In this document: in pieces, positions 51,110-61,751 of the stretch
How positions within the stretch are numbered: the first letter of the stretch is position 1
Layout of the letters: every line of letters starts with the position of its first letter
Assembly (NCBI GenBank): GCA_951406725.2
Contig: OX597815.1
Location: forward strand, 57,908,001 to 57,972,000
Length of the DNA: 64,000 bases
Direction of reading: 5' to 3'
DNA from: Octopus vulgaris
Lineage: Eukaryota
Translations under genes and position numbers: made by a program
Notes under the pieces: generated by a model
Seen by the model: only the letters and a program-made list of their open reading frames with translations
Told to the model about the DNA's origin: nothing
Databases searched by the model: none

Positions 51110-52005
51110 TAATCAAACATAAGCAACAAGAATATCCTCGGTAATTTGGTACGATCGTTTCACGCTACATCATTTTATTAAATATTGCAGGTATTACAAC
51201 AGTTTTTAAATATTGAACAATCATCAGCCACTTACAGAGGTTTTCCATTAATACATATTTTCATATTAATTGATAACATTATAGAGAAGGTAGATATATA
51301 GACAAAGATGTCGATTTGAATTTTAAGAATATTAAGGTAGTAGAGTTTATCTTCTGACTGAAGAATATTCTTAAAGTTGTTTTGAACTGCTAGAAGGTTG
51401 GGAAGTATAATCAGTTGAAAGGAGACAAAAGAGATTTTCTATTTATAGAAATAGGGGTGAAATAAATGTCAGAAGCTATTCATAAACAAATTAAAGTAGA
51501 GAGGGGGTTATAATGCCCTAGAAGCTGTTTACTACTATAAAGTTATTGGTATAAACTTTTTGGTATATAGGTGGTCATTGTGACCATCTGACATTGACCT
51601 AGTTTTCTTGATACAAAATCTGTTTGCCAAATAGTAGTAAAACAGCTTCTAGGGTATTATAACCCCCTCTCTACTTTGATTTCTTTATGAATAACTTCTG
51701 ACGTTTTTTTGGTGTCCTGTACCCATATATGCATGTATATATACATATAGATGTAGGTACGTACATATATGTATGTATATATGCATATGTTTTATTTATG
51801 GATTTGTTATTATATGACGGAACGCAGGCATTCATTTCTAAGTAGGTTTTATCTCAATATATATATGTATATATTATATATATTACATATATATATATTA
51901 AATTAGAGATAAAACCACTATCATGCAAGTCATACTATAAAATTAAATTTAATCCTAAATCTAATTTTTCCCTGTAAGTTTGGATTTACTCCCAAATATT
52001 ATTAT
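51110..52005. mobile_element. PLE pseudo-LTR-like fragments with ~75-bp inverted repeat
   Basis: 51462-51537 is inverted at 51632-51705; 51701-51790 matches 46981-47070; TTAGAGATAAAACCACTA terminus as at 31751. Confidence 0.45.
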
Positions 52006-52008
52006 TAT

Positions 52009-52009
<1 letters not shown>

Positions 52010-52097
<88 letters not shown>
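52010..52097. repeat. Pure (TA)n microsatellite
   Basis: Direct reading. Confidence 0.97.
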
Positions 52098-52099
<2 letters not shown>

Positions 52100-52103
<4 letters not shown>

Positions 52104-54120
52104 CTTAGATATGTTTCGACCAGAGATTGGTCCAGGCCATGTCTAACTTAATAGCACCACCTGATAGGATTATTCGAATCCTGTTTAAGTCAAGTTTTGT
52201 TCAAGTAGTGAGTTCTTGTTGGGTGAGTTGTATCCAATTATGGGTGGCTTATCTGGTATTCTTTGAAGGAATCTATCCAGACTCTGTTTAAAGTTGATGG
52301 GATCCTTTTCCTCTTTGATCTCACTCGGGACAATGTTAAATAGGGCAGGGCCTGTTGAGGAAAAGAAATTATGTTGCAGTGTACATGTATGTTGTGATCT
52401 TGAATTTGGCAGGGGACATATAGCCCGTGGTCCAAGTCTTGGATGAACCTTGAAGCTAATGTTTAGGTCGTTTGGGCAAAGTTGGCGGTATATTTTCCAC
52501 ATCGTACAAATGATGTACCGCTCATGGCGACGCTGGAGGGAGTAAAGTTTCAAGGCTTTAAGGCGATCCCAATAATCGAGAGCAGCCATGCCTTCAATTT
52601 GTTTAGTGAGAGCCCTCTGGGGTGACTCAATTCTGGAGATGTTTTGTCTTGTGTGAGGAGACCACAGTGGGCAGCAGTATTCAAGGTGTGGCCGTACAAA
52701 GGAGGAAAAAGTGGTATGATGACACCTTGTTCTCTGGACGGGAAAGTTCTTAAGATCCAGGAACTCATCCTACGAGCTATATCGACCTTCTTGTTGATGT
52801 GTGCACTCCAACTGAGATCATCATCAACAATTACACCCAGGTCTCTGATATTGTTAGAGGCTGTGAGCGGTTCCCCTGAAGGAAGAGAGTATGGTTGTTT
52901 TAGTGAGGAATTTCTTCCAAAATGCATCAGCTCAAATTTTCCCTCATTCAGTTGCATTTTGTTTCTGTCTGCCCATTGACTCACAGCATATAGATCAGAC
53001 TGGAGTTGAGTTCGGTCTGCTTCTTCATTGACGATTTGCTGGAGCTTAGTGTCATCAGCGAATATTTTCACTTTGCAGTGATGTACGACACTGGAAAGGT
53101 CGTTTACGTAAATTATGAAGAGTAGCGGACCCAAAACAGTTCCCTGGGGAACACCGCTGGTGACTTTTGCTGGGTTTGAGCGGACTCCATCAACTACAAC
53201 ATGTTGTGTTCTATTCGCCAGGAAATACTGAATCCAGTGTAGAACTTTTCCACGGATTCCAACATTTGCCAATTTTGAGAGAAGGATGTTATGGTCTACC
53301 CTGTCGAATGCTTTACTGAAGTCAAGATATATGACGTCAGAGTTCGAACCTGTTCCCAAGGCTTTGAGTACATCTTCAATGTGGTGTAAGAGCTGTGTTA
53401 GACAGTCCCTGCCACAGCGAAAGCCATGCTGATTTGAATTTAGGAGTTTGTGGTTCACCAGGAAGTCAGCTATCCTTGATCTTAACACTCTTTCAAACAC
53501 TTTAATGATGTGGGAGGTGAGTGAGATTGGGCGATAGTTGACTGCGAGGGATCTGTTTCCCTGTTTGAAAACCGGGATGACCGACTGGGATAGAAACTGT
53601 TTCGGTATATAACCTGCGTCTAACGAGTTTCTCCAGAGGTTGGTCAGAGGGACTGCAAGTTGATATCTACATTCCTTCAGGAGACTAGCGGGAAATCTAT
53701 CAGGGCCTACAGCAGAGTAATGTTTGACCTCATTTATTGCTGCTATGATGTCAGTGGCAGTGAAGGTTATGTCTGCGATTTTGTGTTGGGAGTCAACTTC
53801 GTTCGTTTCCCTCACGTCAATATCAGTGGGAACACTGAAGACAGAGCAGTATTGTTTCTGCAGTATTTCTGCCATTTCTTTAACATCGTGTTGGGGAATG
53901 CCGTTATCATCAATGAATGGCCCAATGGGTGAGACAGTGGTTCTATGCTTATTTGCATAAGAATAGAACACTTTTGGGTTCTGTTTGATGTTTTTGATTA
54001 CCCATTGTTCCTCCACAGCTCTTTGATTTTCAATGGAGGTTTTCATGTTAGTCTGCAGATGAAGTTTTTCCAGCTCTAGTCTTTTCATTGTTGTTGAATG
54101 TGGATGTTGTGTGTGGGAAT
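52100..54120 (-). mobile_element. Second CR1/L2-group family, RT region nearly intact
   Basis: ORF 52550-54088 with YRPISLTS, QHGF, YLDFSKAFDRV, SGVPQGTVLGPLLF, FADDTK, RDLGV; frameshifted C-terminus; hairpin tail ending GAAAC. Confidence 0.92.
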
Positions 54121-54219
54121 ATTTTAATTGGTTGATTTTTTTTTTTTTAATAATATATATATATTATATATATATATTACATATATATTAAATATATATA
54201 TATCAAAATAAAATAAAAT

Positions 54220-54756
54220 TCGATGACTGGCATCCATGCTAGCAAGGTGCAAAAAGCACCATACGAGTGTGATTGTTGAGAGAGCAGCTAGCCAGCTTCC
54301 GTGCCAGTGGCACATAAAAGGCACCATTTGAGTGCGATCGTTACCAGCCTCGCCTTACTGGCACTTGAGCCTCATGCTAGTAGGGTACAAAGAGCACCAT
54401 CCGAGTTTGATCGTTGCCAGAGTGGCTAATTGGCTTCCATGCTGGTGGCACATAAAAGGCACCATCCGAGCATGATCGTTACCAGCATCGCCTTACTGGC
54501 ACCTGTGTCGGTGGCATGTGTAAAAAGATTCGAGCGAGGTCCTTGCCAGTACCGCCTGACTGGCACCCGTGCCGGTGGCATGTAAAAGCACCCACTACAT
54601 TTTCGAGGTGGTTGGCGTTTGGAAGGGCATTCAGCTGTAGAAACTCTGTCAGATGAAGATTGGAGCCTGGTGCAGCCATCTGGTTCGCCAGCCCTCAGTC
54701 AAATCATCCAACCCATGCTAGCATGGAAAGTGGATGTTAAACGATGATGATGATGA

Positions 54757-54759
<3 letters not shown>
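54220..54759 (+). mobile_element. RTE-type 3' UTR/tail of a sister subfamily with ~6 degenerate repeat units
   Basis: Repeated GGTGGCA..TAAAAGGCACCAT; TCCAACCCATGCTAGCATGGAAAG..(ATG)n. Confidence 0.8.
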
Positions 54760-54796
<37 letters not shown>

Positions 54797-55662
54797 CTTT
54801 GCCTCCTTTTGTGTGCATGTCTATGAGTGTTTTGCATCTATGTACCATGTTTGTATGTATGGATGTGCATCTCGATACATGTCTCCATATGTGTAGGAAC
54901 ATCTTTGTTGGATGCTTGGAAATTGTGTGCTGTCCTCTTTATAGGTTGGAGTATGTTGCACCACAATCCCATGTGTGCATTTGAGGAGTTTTTTCCACTC
55001 TTTCATGTTTCTGTGGTGTAACTTCTCTCATGCTACTGATGTGTTGTTGCATGGTCTGGACATAGTTCTGTGGGCTGTCTTTTGACAGTCTGCCAGACTT
55101 GTCCGTAGGGAGGCACACTAATTCTCTGTTCCTAATCTGCTGTTTTAGTTTTTGTAGGCCTTTGTCAACAGATGAGCTGAGTTGGTGGGACCCCTCCTCA
55201 CTATGTTTTTTAGTGGATTTGTTGTATCAGTCTAAGATATGTTGGAGTCTATTTCTAGCTAAGGTGATCTTTGCTTCTATTTCACTGTCAATTTGGGGTG
55301 GGATACATACCCTTTTGTTTAAGGGTCAGTCTGTGGGGTAGATCCTTGTCATGTCATAAGTTTTGTTGTTAGGGTTATAGAAGACAGACTGTAGAGTCTT
55401 ATTATCGTTGTGGTATTGTTGTTGTTGTTGCTGGTGGTAGTAGTGCTTGTGTTGTGCCTATTGCTATTATTGTGGGTGGTATTGTTGGTAGTGGTGTGGA
55501 TGATGTGGTTATTGTTATCTGTGTGTTGGAAGCTGTTGTTGTTTTTGTTGCTATCATCATCGTTACTGTTGTTGTTATTATAATAGTTGCTTCTGTTTCA
55601 TATGCTTGTGTTGTTGTTGTTATAGTTGTCTGAGTGATGAACGCTGTAGTTGTTATTGCCAC

Positions 55663-56144
55663 TGTAGAACGACCATGTGAAAGGAGAGGTGACGAATGAA
55701 TGACTCCTTTAATACACCGCATGATCGCTTACAATAAAAGCAAAAATGGATAAACGTGTATGAGTGCCAGCAGGAAAAGAAAGACGACACAACCGTAGAA
55801 TGTTAAGAGAAAGATTTTTATTTAGGTGTTAACATGTGTGTGTCTGTGTGTGCAACATAAGTACATATACAATAATAATAATAGACAGGCTGCCATGCAT
55901 ACATAATGTGTATGTGTGTACAAACAAGGATGTATGCATGTGAGATAAAATATAGAGCAATAGAAAGAGTCTATAACAGGACGCTAGAAGTTCAGACACA
56001 CTGAAGATATATACCAGTTAGTAGTAAGGTACACAATTGTGTGGACACAACAGGGTCCAAACAGCCGAAGGCTAGCTGTTATCTGCTACGTCCGTATTTA
56101 TGTTATATATAAGAGAGAGAGAATTTCACTAAGCGTATGCTACA
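55663..56144. mobile_element. Solo LTR
   Basis: TGTAG...CTACA termini; 4-bp flanks CCAC/TCAC (one mismatch); interrupts a (GTT)n tract. Confidence 0.7.
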
Positions 56145-56415
56145 TCACTATTGTTGTTGTCATCAACACTGTTATTGTTATTGTTGTTGTTGTATTTTCG
56201 ATCAATAATAAATCTCTGAATGAGATGTAAACAGTAACCGCTCGACAACGTAAAGTATACTAGCCATCTCAACATGGCTAACTACTAAGGACGGGTGTTA
56301 CTGTAGATTTTAGCCCCAAGGAAATCATTGTCTCCAGCTGGCTTTAGGCACACTTTCTGTGCCCTTATGGTATTTGCAAAGGGAGGTCATCCCTCTCTTG
56401 TAAACCTAAGTGATA

Positions 56416-56460
56416 CGCATGGACTGCAGTTTCTAGGTATTTGTCTGTCTTCGGTGTATG
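56416..56460 (-). ncRNA. Variant type I hammerhead, copy with CpG-decayed stem I
   Basis: Minus: CATACA-CCGAAGA-CAGA-CAAATA-CCTA-GAAA-CTGCAG-TC-CATGCG. Confidence 0.55.
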
Positions 56461-56768
56461 GCAATCACCGGTTTACGACGAAGGGAGACCTATTTGCAAA
56501 TACTTATTGTTTTTCTAGTAACTTCCGTCACTGATTTCGAAAAACTGTCTGCAAACAATAATAAATCTCTGAACGAGATGTAAACAGTAACCGCTTGACA
56601 ACGTAAAGTATACTAGCCATCTCAACATGGCTAACTACTAAGGGCGGGTGTTACTGTAGCTTTTAGCCCCAAGGAAATCATCGTATCCAGCTGGCTTTAG
56701 GCACACTTTCTGTGCCCCTATGGTATTTGCAAAGGGATGTCATCCCTCTCTCGTAAACCTAAGTGATA

Positions 56769-56813
56769 TGCACGGACTGCAGTTTCTAGGTATTTGTCTG
56801 TCTTCGGCGTACG
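56769..56813 (-). ncRNA. Variant type I hammerhead (U4C core, mismatched stem II)
   Basis: Minus: CGTACG-CCGAAGA-CAGA-CAAATA-CCTA-GAAA-CTGCAG-TC-CGTGCA. Confidence 0.65.
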
Positions 56814-58439
56814 GCAATCACCGGTTTACGATGAACAGATAAAATAATCAATTTTTCTTAACTTTTTATATGTAGTAAATTTTGGTGGTAACTCTAAAGC
56901 ATGCATTTCATCTGTATCTAGCGGCACTGCACCATATATGCCAGAGGTGTATTTGTTGTTGTTGTTGATTGTGGTATTGTTTACATTCTGACATGACAAT
57001 CCTGTTGATATTGTTTGGGTATTTGTATTGATTCTTACTATGCTGGGATTGTTGTTTTTGCTGTTTAATCCACTTGAGTTTATTGTTGAAGTGTTTGTTG
57101 CAGGCATGGTTAACTCAGTGGTATTCTTGTTGGATGTTTGTCATGAATCTGTCTCTTTCATGTGGAGTAGTGGTGTCTTTTAATTCATGCAGCAGGACTC
57201 TCTTTCGTTTTTAGTGCTGGTTGATTTCTGTGTATATTTTCTTTCTGATGTTTTGTAACATCGTATGTTTTACTTTTCTTTCTTGATGTTCTGTGGGTCC
57301 TGACTGCTTGGCAGCTGAATTGACAGACTTTGTGTATAGCTTGGAGAAGATGCATGTTTTAATGAAGTGGAGCTGTCGGGTAGCTATCTTGATTTTTAGA
57401 TAGCAGAACATGGTGTTTTTCAGCATCTTGCTAGCTTGGCTAAAGCTTATTATATTTCGCTTTTGGATTTGGTTTGCAAGATTCTTTATGTGAGTTCGTG
57501 TGTTGAAGCATATTCTGTCATATCTGGGAAGAGTCATTTTCTTTTTGTGCCTTATTATTTAACACACTCACCGGTAAAATTTCCACTTATTCCTTATTTT
57601 TATTTTCCTAAAATTTTCATTGCGTCTTGCAACCTTTTCAATAATCTTGACTCTGTCCGTTATATACACTGCATTCCTTTTTGTTTGTTTGTGCGCATGT
57701 GTGTGGGTCAGTGTGTGTGTGCCTACACATGCATGCATGTGTGTGTATGTATATATGTGTGTATATGCATATGTATATATGTATGTATGTGTGTGCATCT
57801 GTATGTATGTATTCTGCATATTCATGTGCTTGCATGTCCATGTTTGTGTATTTTTTATGTATGTGTGTGTGTGAGCGTGTGTTTGTATATTTATGCACCT
57901 CTGTCTCCTTGTGTGTGTGTGTGTGTTTTGCAACTATGTACCATGTTTGTATGTATGGATGTGCATCTCGATGTGTGTGGACACATGTCTCCATATGTGT
58001 CCTTATGTGAAGTAAAGTGTGTATGTATATATGGTCATGTGTTTCAGTTTCCATTTGTGTATGTGTGCTTGTCTGTTCATATAACCTATGTACCTATCCA
58101 TCTGTATGTTGATCTGTTTATTTTCATATCCATATGTTTACATACATGTGCATATACACATATATACCCACACACTCACATACATATATCTATCTACATA
58201 ACAGCCCACTAACTATTCTACTCTACCTGTGTAAACTGTGGGTATGAAGGTATGATATCTACTATGTATATTTCCTATTTAGTATTGGGGAGGTTTCATT
58301 TATAAGGACGTACTCTTGTATTTGTCTGAGTGTTGGGTCTTTTGGGTGCTTGGATAAGATGCAGATGTCAAGTTGACCCAAGTTGCCTCCATGGTGGTCT
58401 TTGGCATGTTGGTAGAGTATGGAGGACTGTTTTTTGTTA

Positions 58440-59720
58440 TCAAATTGTCTCAGATGTTCATTTAGTCATTCTGCAATGCTCCTAGATATCTCCCCTATGT
58501 ACATCATGTTTATGTCTTTACAAGACCTTCTATGCATCTTATGCTGTAAACTACATTTTGAGTTCTAGTTAAAGCCAGGGCTAACCCTACATGCCATGCA
58601 GTTATCATTGATGCATATGGTATTCTCAAAGGGGTACGTCCTACATAGTTGTGATCTGATAGAGTTTCCTAGCCTTTCAACAATCTTAATGTTGAGTTTG
58701 GTTTCTTTCAGAGCTTTTCTAAATCTACGGGCTAGTTCTCCATGGGCTGTGGCCTCTACAAACATCACTCCTTGATATCTGTTGGTTTTATACCACATGT
58801 TTGTCCTGTTTGCTTTGTCACAAGTTCTTTGTATCCTATTCCATTCTTTGTTTCTATATCTAGGGCAGGTACCACTGGTATCATTATATATAATGTTGTC
58901 TAATTTCTTTCTAGCCCCCGTATATACTTGAACCCTATCTTTCTGATCATATCCGGAGTACTGCATGTGGTGCATGAAGTTCTGTATATGTTTTTTCATT
59001 TCATAGGGTTCGCATAGTGGGGACACATTGTTCATTATTCTAACCAAGTCCGCTTTCAGTATATTAATTTTCATATTGTGTGACAAAGCTGAGTTCTTGC
59101 GAACAATATATTTTGAAATTATGGGTTTTATATAATAGGAGTGGAAGAGCTGCACTCTATTGTTCACAGTCTCTAACCAAAGTTCAGTATCAAGTACAGG
59201 GAGTCTATTGTTGGAATGCTAGTGGGGTAATCTGTAGTTACCTTGATTTCTTTGGTGGATGGAGTTAGCTATTAGCTGGATGCTCTCCATTACGTTCATC
59301 TCAGTTTCTTCATCACCATCACTAGAGTTGGTCCTAACTATGATATTAATGTCATCTACATATCTGCTATAGAGTAGAAGTTTTGTGGACTGTTCTGCTA
59401 ACACTTGTTTAAGTTTTCTGTCCCACCATGTCATGAAGAGGCCAGTCACATCTCCAGCTATACTGACACCGATGGCTGCACCTTGAGCCTGCACATATAG
59501 TTTTTTGTTAAACTTTACTATGTGGTTCTTCAAGGTGATTTTCACACTGGCCCCTATTGCATGTGCAATCATTTCTTTCACCTGATAGTTGTTCTCAGGG
59601 TTTTGGGTGGGTGCAGTCCAGCCACTCCAGCGCTTTGTGGTGCTTTTCTTCACTGCTGAAGTGATGGTGGGTGGTCTTCCCCTCTGTGACCTGGTGGGAC
59701 AGAATCTACGGAGGTCATAT
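58440..59720 (-). mobile_element. Penelope-like element, RT + GIY-YIG, frameshifted
   Basis: LYVQAQGAAIG, LYSRYVDD, SALSHNMK, MQYSGY; then NVVYSIRC..MYIGEISRS...NEHL. Confidence 0.85.
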
Positions 59721-59879
59721 TTATATATACATATGTACACCTATCTACTTATGTATATATACATACACACACATAAAGACTGTCAGATATCCATTTTTGA
59801 TGATGTGAGCTTTGTGAGAAAGTGTCAAGTTTTTTTTAGAAATGCATATGGTCTTCCATAGCATACTACATCAATCGAG

Positions 59880-60657
59880 CGCTTAAATACTGTCTCTAAG
59901 CTCCTCAATGTATCCAACAACATTAATTCTAACTCCCTCTGGAAAGAAAGATGTGAGGTGGTATGACATGATTTTGTTTTTACTCACCACTCCAAAACAG
60001 AGTTGTAGGAAACTTAGTGGGACATCAGAAGAATGTGTATGTAACCATCTTTCAGTTCTACATTTAAAATTTTGGTTTTGCACAAAGTTTTTCTCATCAG
60101 AGAAAAACCAAAGCATTCCAAGTTCAGGAGAGTTTTTAAACTTGTTATGTAACAACTTGGAATAGATCAAATGGGTTTACTGTGTCTTTGCAGATTGACT
60201 AGATTTCCCTCAACACATAAAGCTTGTTTCAAATGTCCTCATGCACTACAGTTTTAACAGTCATTCACTCTAACACCTGAAGCTCTTTAGTGATGACCCT
60301 CATTGATTTTCTGGGATCATTATTGATAATGTTTTGAACCTGCTGGACGAATTGTTGTTAGCCTTAAAGTGTACAAATGACTAAAATGTTTTTCTCTTTG
60401 ATTCAATCAAAATATTTTTGACAGAGGCTTCCAATTCCATCTGGACTTTGTGAACAAATGATCTTACAACATTTAGAAAATTGGCAATTTCTAACTTGCT
60501 GTGTCCTGCATATCTGACAACATTGACTGCATGATTTTTTTATTTCTGGTGTTATCATTTTATCTGCTATGGGGTATGTGAAATAAATAAAATACCTTTT
60601 AATTGGTTTAAAGAGAGTAAATATTATTAATTATCCTAAAATATCCATCACACCCTG
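59880..60657 (-). mobile_element. Degenerate mariner-like transposon 5' portion
   Basis: TA-CAGGGTG terminus at ~60657; WFFSDEKNF..Q..RWL motif. Confidence 0.65.
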
Positions 60658-61259
60658 TACATATATGATGTATGATTGACAGTATCTGTCTCATCCTATT
60701 AACATCTTTTTGCTTGGTTATACCTTCTCAGTCAATTCTGCAAAGCATGATATTGAATTAGGATAAATTAGTCTTGCTAAAAACAAGAAATTGGAAATTG
60801 TGTTAAAAAAAAACTTTAGTCCATATTAACAGAATAAAAGAATGTAAAATGTTTTATACATAAAGCTTCTTATTCATGTACAATGCCTGAGACTGATATT
60901 CACGAGTTTTTCTCAAAGATGCTACTAATATAAATAAAAATGATTGATAGTTTGAATTTACATCTCCAGTCAGTAAACATTATTTTTAATAAACAGTAAA
61001 ATAAGGAAAAGATTTTTAAAAGGTTTAGTTGATTTTATTCATTAGCACATAAAACTTCCTTATAAGTTGTTTTAAATTAACAAAAGCAATTCAAAAATAA
61101 ATTCAAGTGGATTTAAAATTGGAGAAATATAAAAAATTATTTTAGCTAAATCAAAGGTTGCTCAGGAATATAGAATCCTCAAAGATTTATTAGAATCATC
61201 TAATATCAAAATTGAAATTTACAATACTGATTTTATAATATATAGCGTTGCACATCTTT

Positions 61260-61751
61260 TCATTTTGCACTTTCGACAGTAAAAGTCATCTTGACAAGAT
61301 TTCCAATACCTGCTTCAATGATATCTCCATTCTCAACAGAACCAACTCCAGATGGTGTTCCTGTGAGGATAATATCACCAGGTTCCAAAGTAAAATATTT
61401 GCTTATATATGAAATAAGATGAGAGATATTAAAAATCATATCTTTTGTATTACCAGCTTGACGCAGCTGTCCATTTACTTTTAACCACAAATCTACACAG
61501 GATGAATCTTTAATTTCTTTTGTACTAATGAAACGACTCAGAGGACAAGAAGTATCAAAACCTTTTGAAATAGTCCATGGTTGTTGCTTTGATTTAGCTT
61601 CCTCTTGTAAATCTCGTGCAGTCATATCCAAAGCCAAAAAATAGCCATCAACATAAGAATTACTTTTCCCTTCTGGTATATTTTTGCCTTTTGAACCAAT
61701 TACAACAGCCAGTTCTACTTCATGATGCAGAGATTTGCAGTTATAAGGTAT
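61260..61751 (-). CDS. FAHD1: Terminal coding exon of fumarylacetoacetate hydrolase domain-containing protein 1 (acylpyruvase / oxaloacetate decarboxylase-tautomerase)
   Basis: Polypyrimidine tract and AG acceptor at 61753-61752; in-frame IPYNCKSLHHEVELAVVIG..YFLALDMTARDLQ..PWTISKGFDTSCP..TLEPGDIILTGTPSGVG, then TGA; upstream exon(s) not found in the window. Confidence 0.93.
   Translation of the reverse strand: MPYNCKSLHHEVELAVVIGSKGKNIPEGKSNSYVDGYFLALDMTARDLQEEAKSKQQPWTISKGFDTSCPLSRFISTKEIKDSSCVDLWLKVNGQLRQAGNTKDMIFNISHLISYISKYFTLEPGDIILTGTPSGVGSVENGDIIEAGIGNLVKMTFTVESAK

Larger units (their letters stand above)
56203..56832 (-). mobile_element. Second retrozyme-like element: 1.8 tandem 353-bp structured units
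   Basis: Units start at 56203 and 56556; CGAT at both junctions; many internal hairpins; one hammerhead-like motif per unit. Confidence 0.7.
54900..57600 (-). mobile_element. Degenerate Penelope-like element, N-terminal ORF region, interrupted by a solo LTR and a 353-bp tandem repeat
   Basis: QLHFIKTC, ALELPPKF, RVCIPPQ, NRELVCLPTDKSGRL in 5'-3' order on the minus strand; Thr/Asn-rich linkers. Confidence 0.6.

Noticed and set aside
51144-51232. Possible minus-strand hammerhead (CTGATGA ... GAAA-CGATCG-TA)
   Set aside because: Core words are present but stem I is only 3 bp and stem II barely pairs; may be a decayed motif, not supportable
55402-55722. Mucin-like Thr-rich ORF
   Set aside because: (ACA)n low-complexity tract in a PLE remnant, starting inside a solo LTR
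57436-58212. 258-aa Cys/Val/Tyr-rich ORF and similar YI/CV-rich ORFs elsewhere
   Set aside because: Translations of degenerate (TG)n/(TA)n tracts
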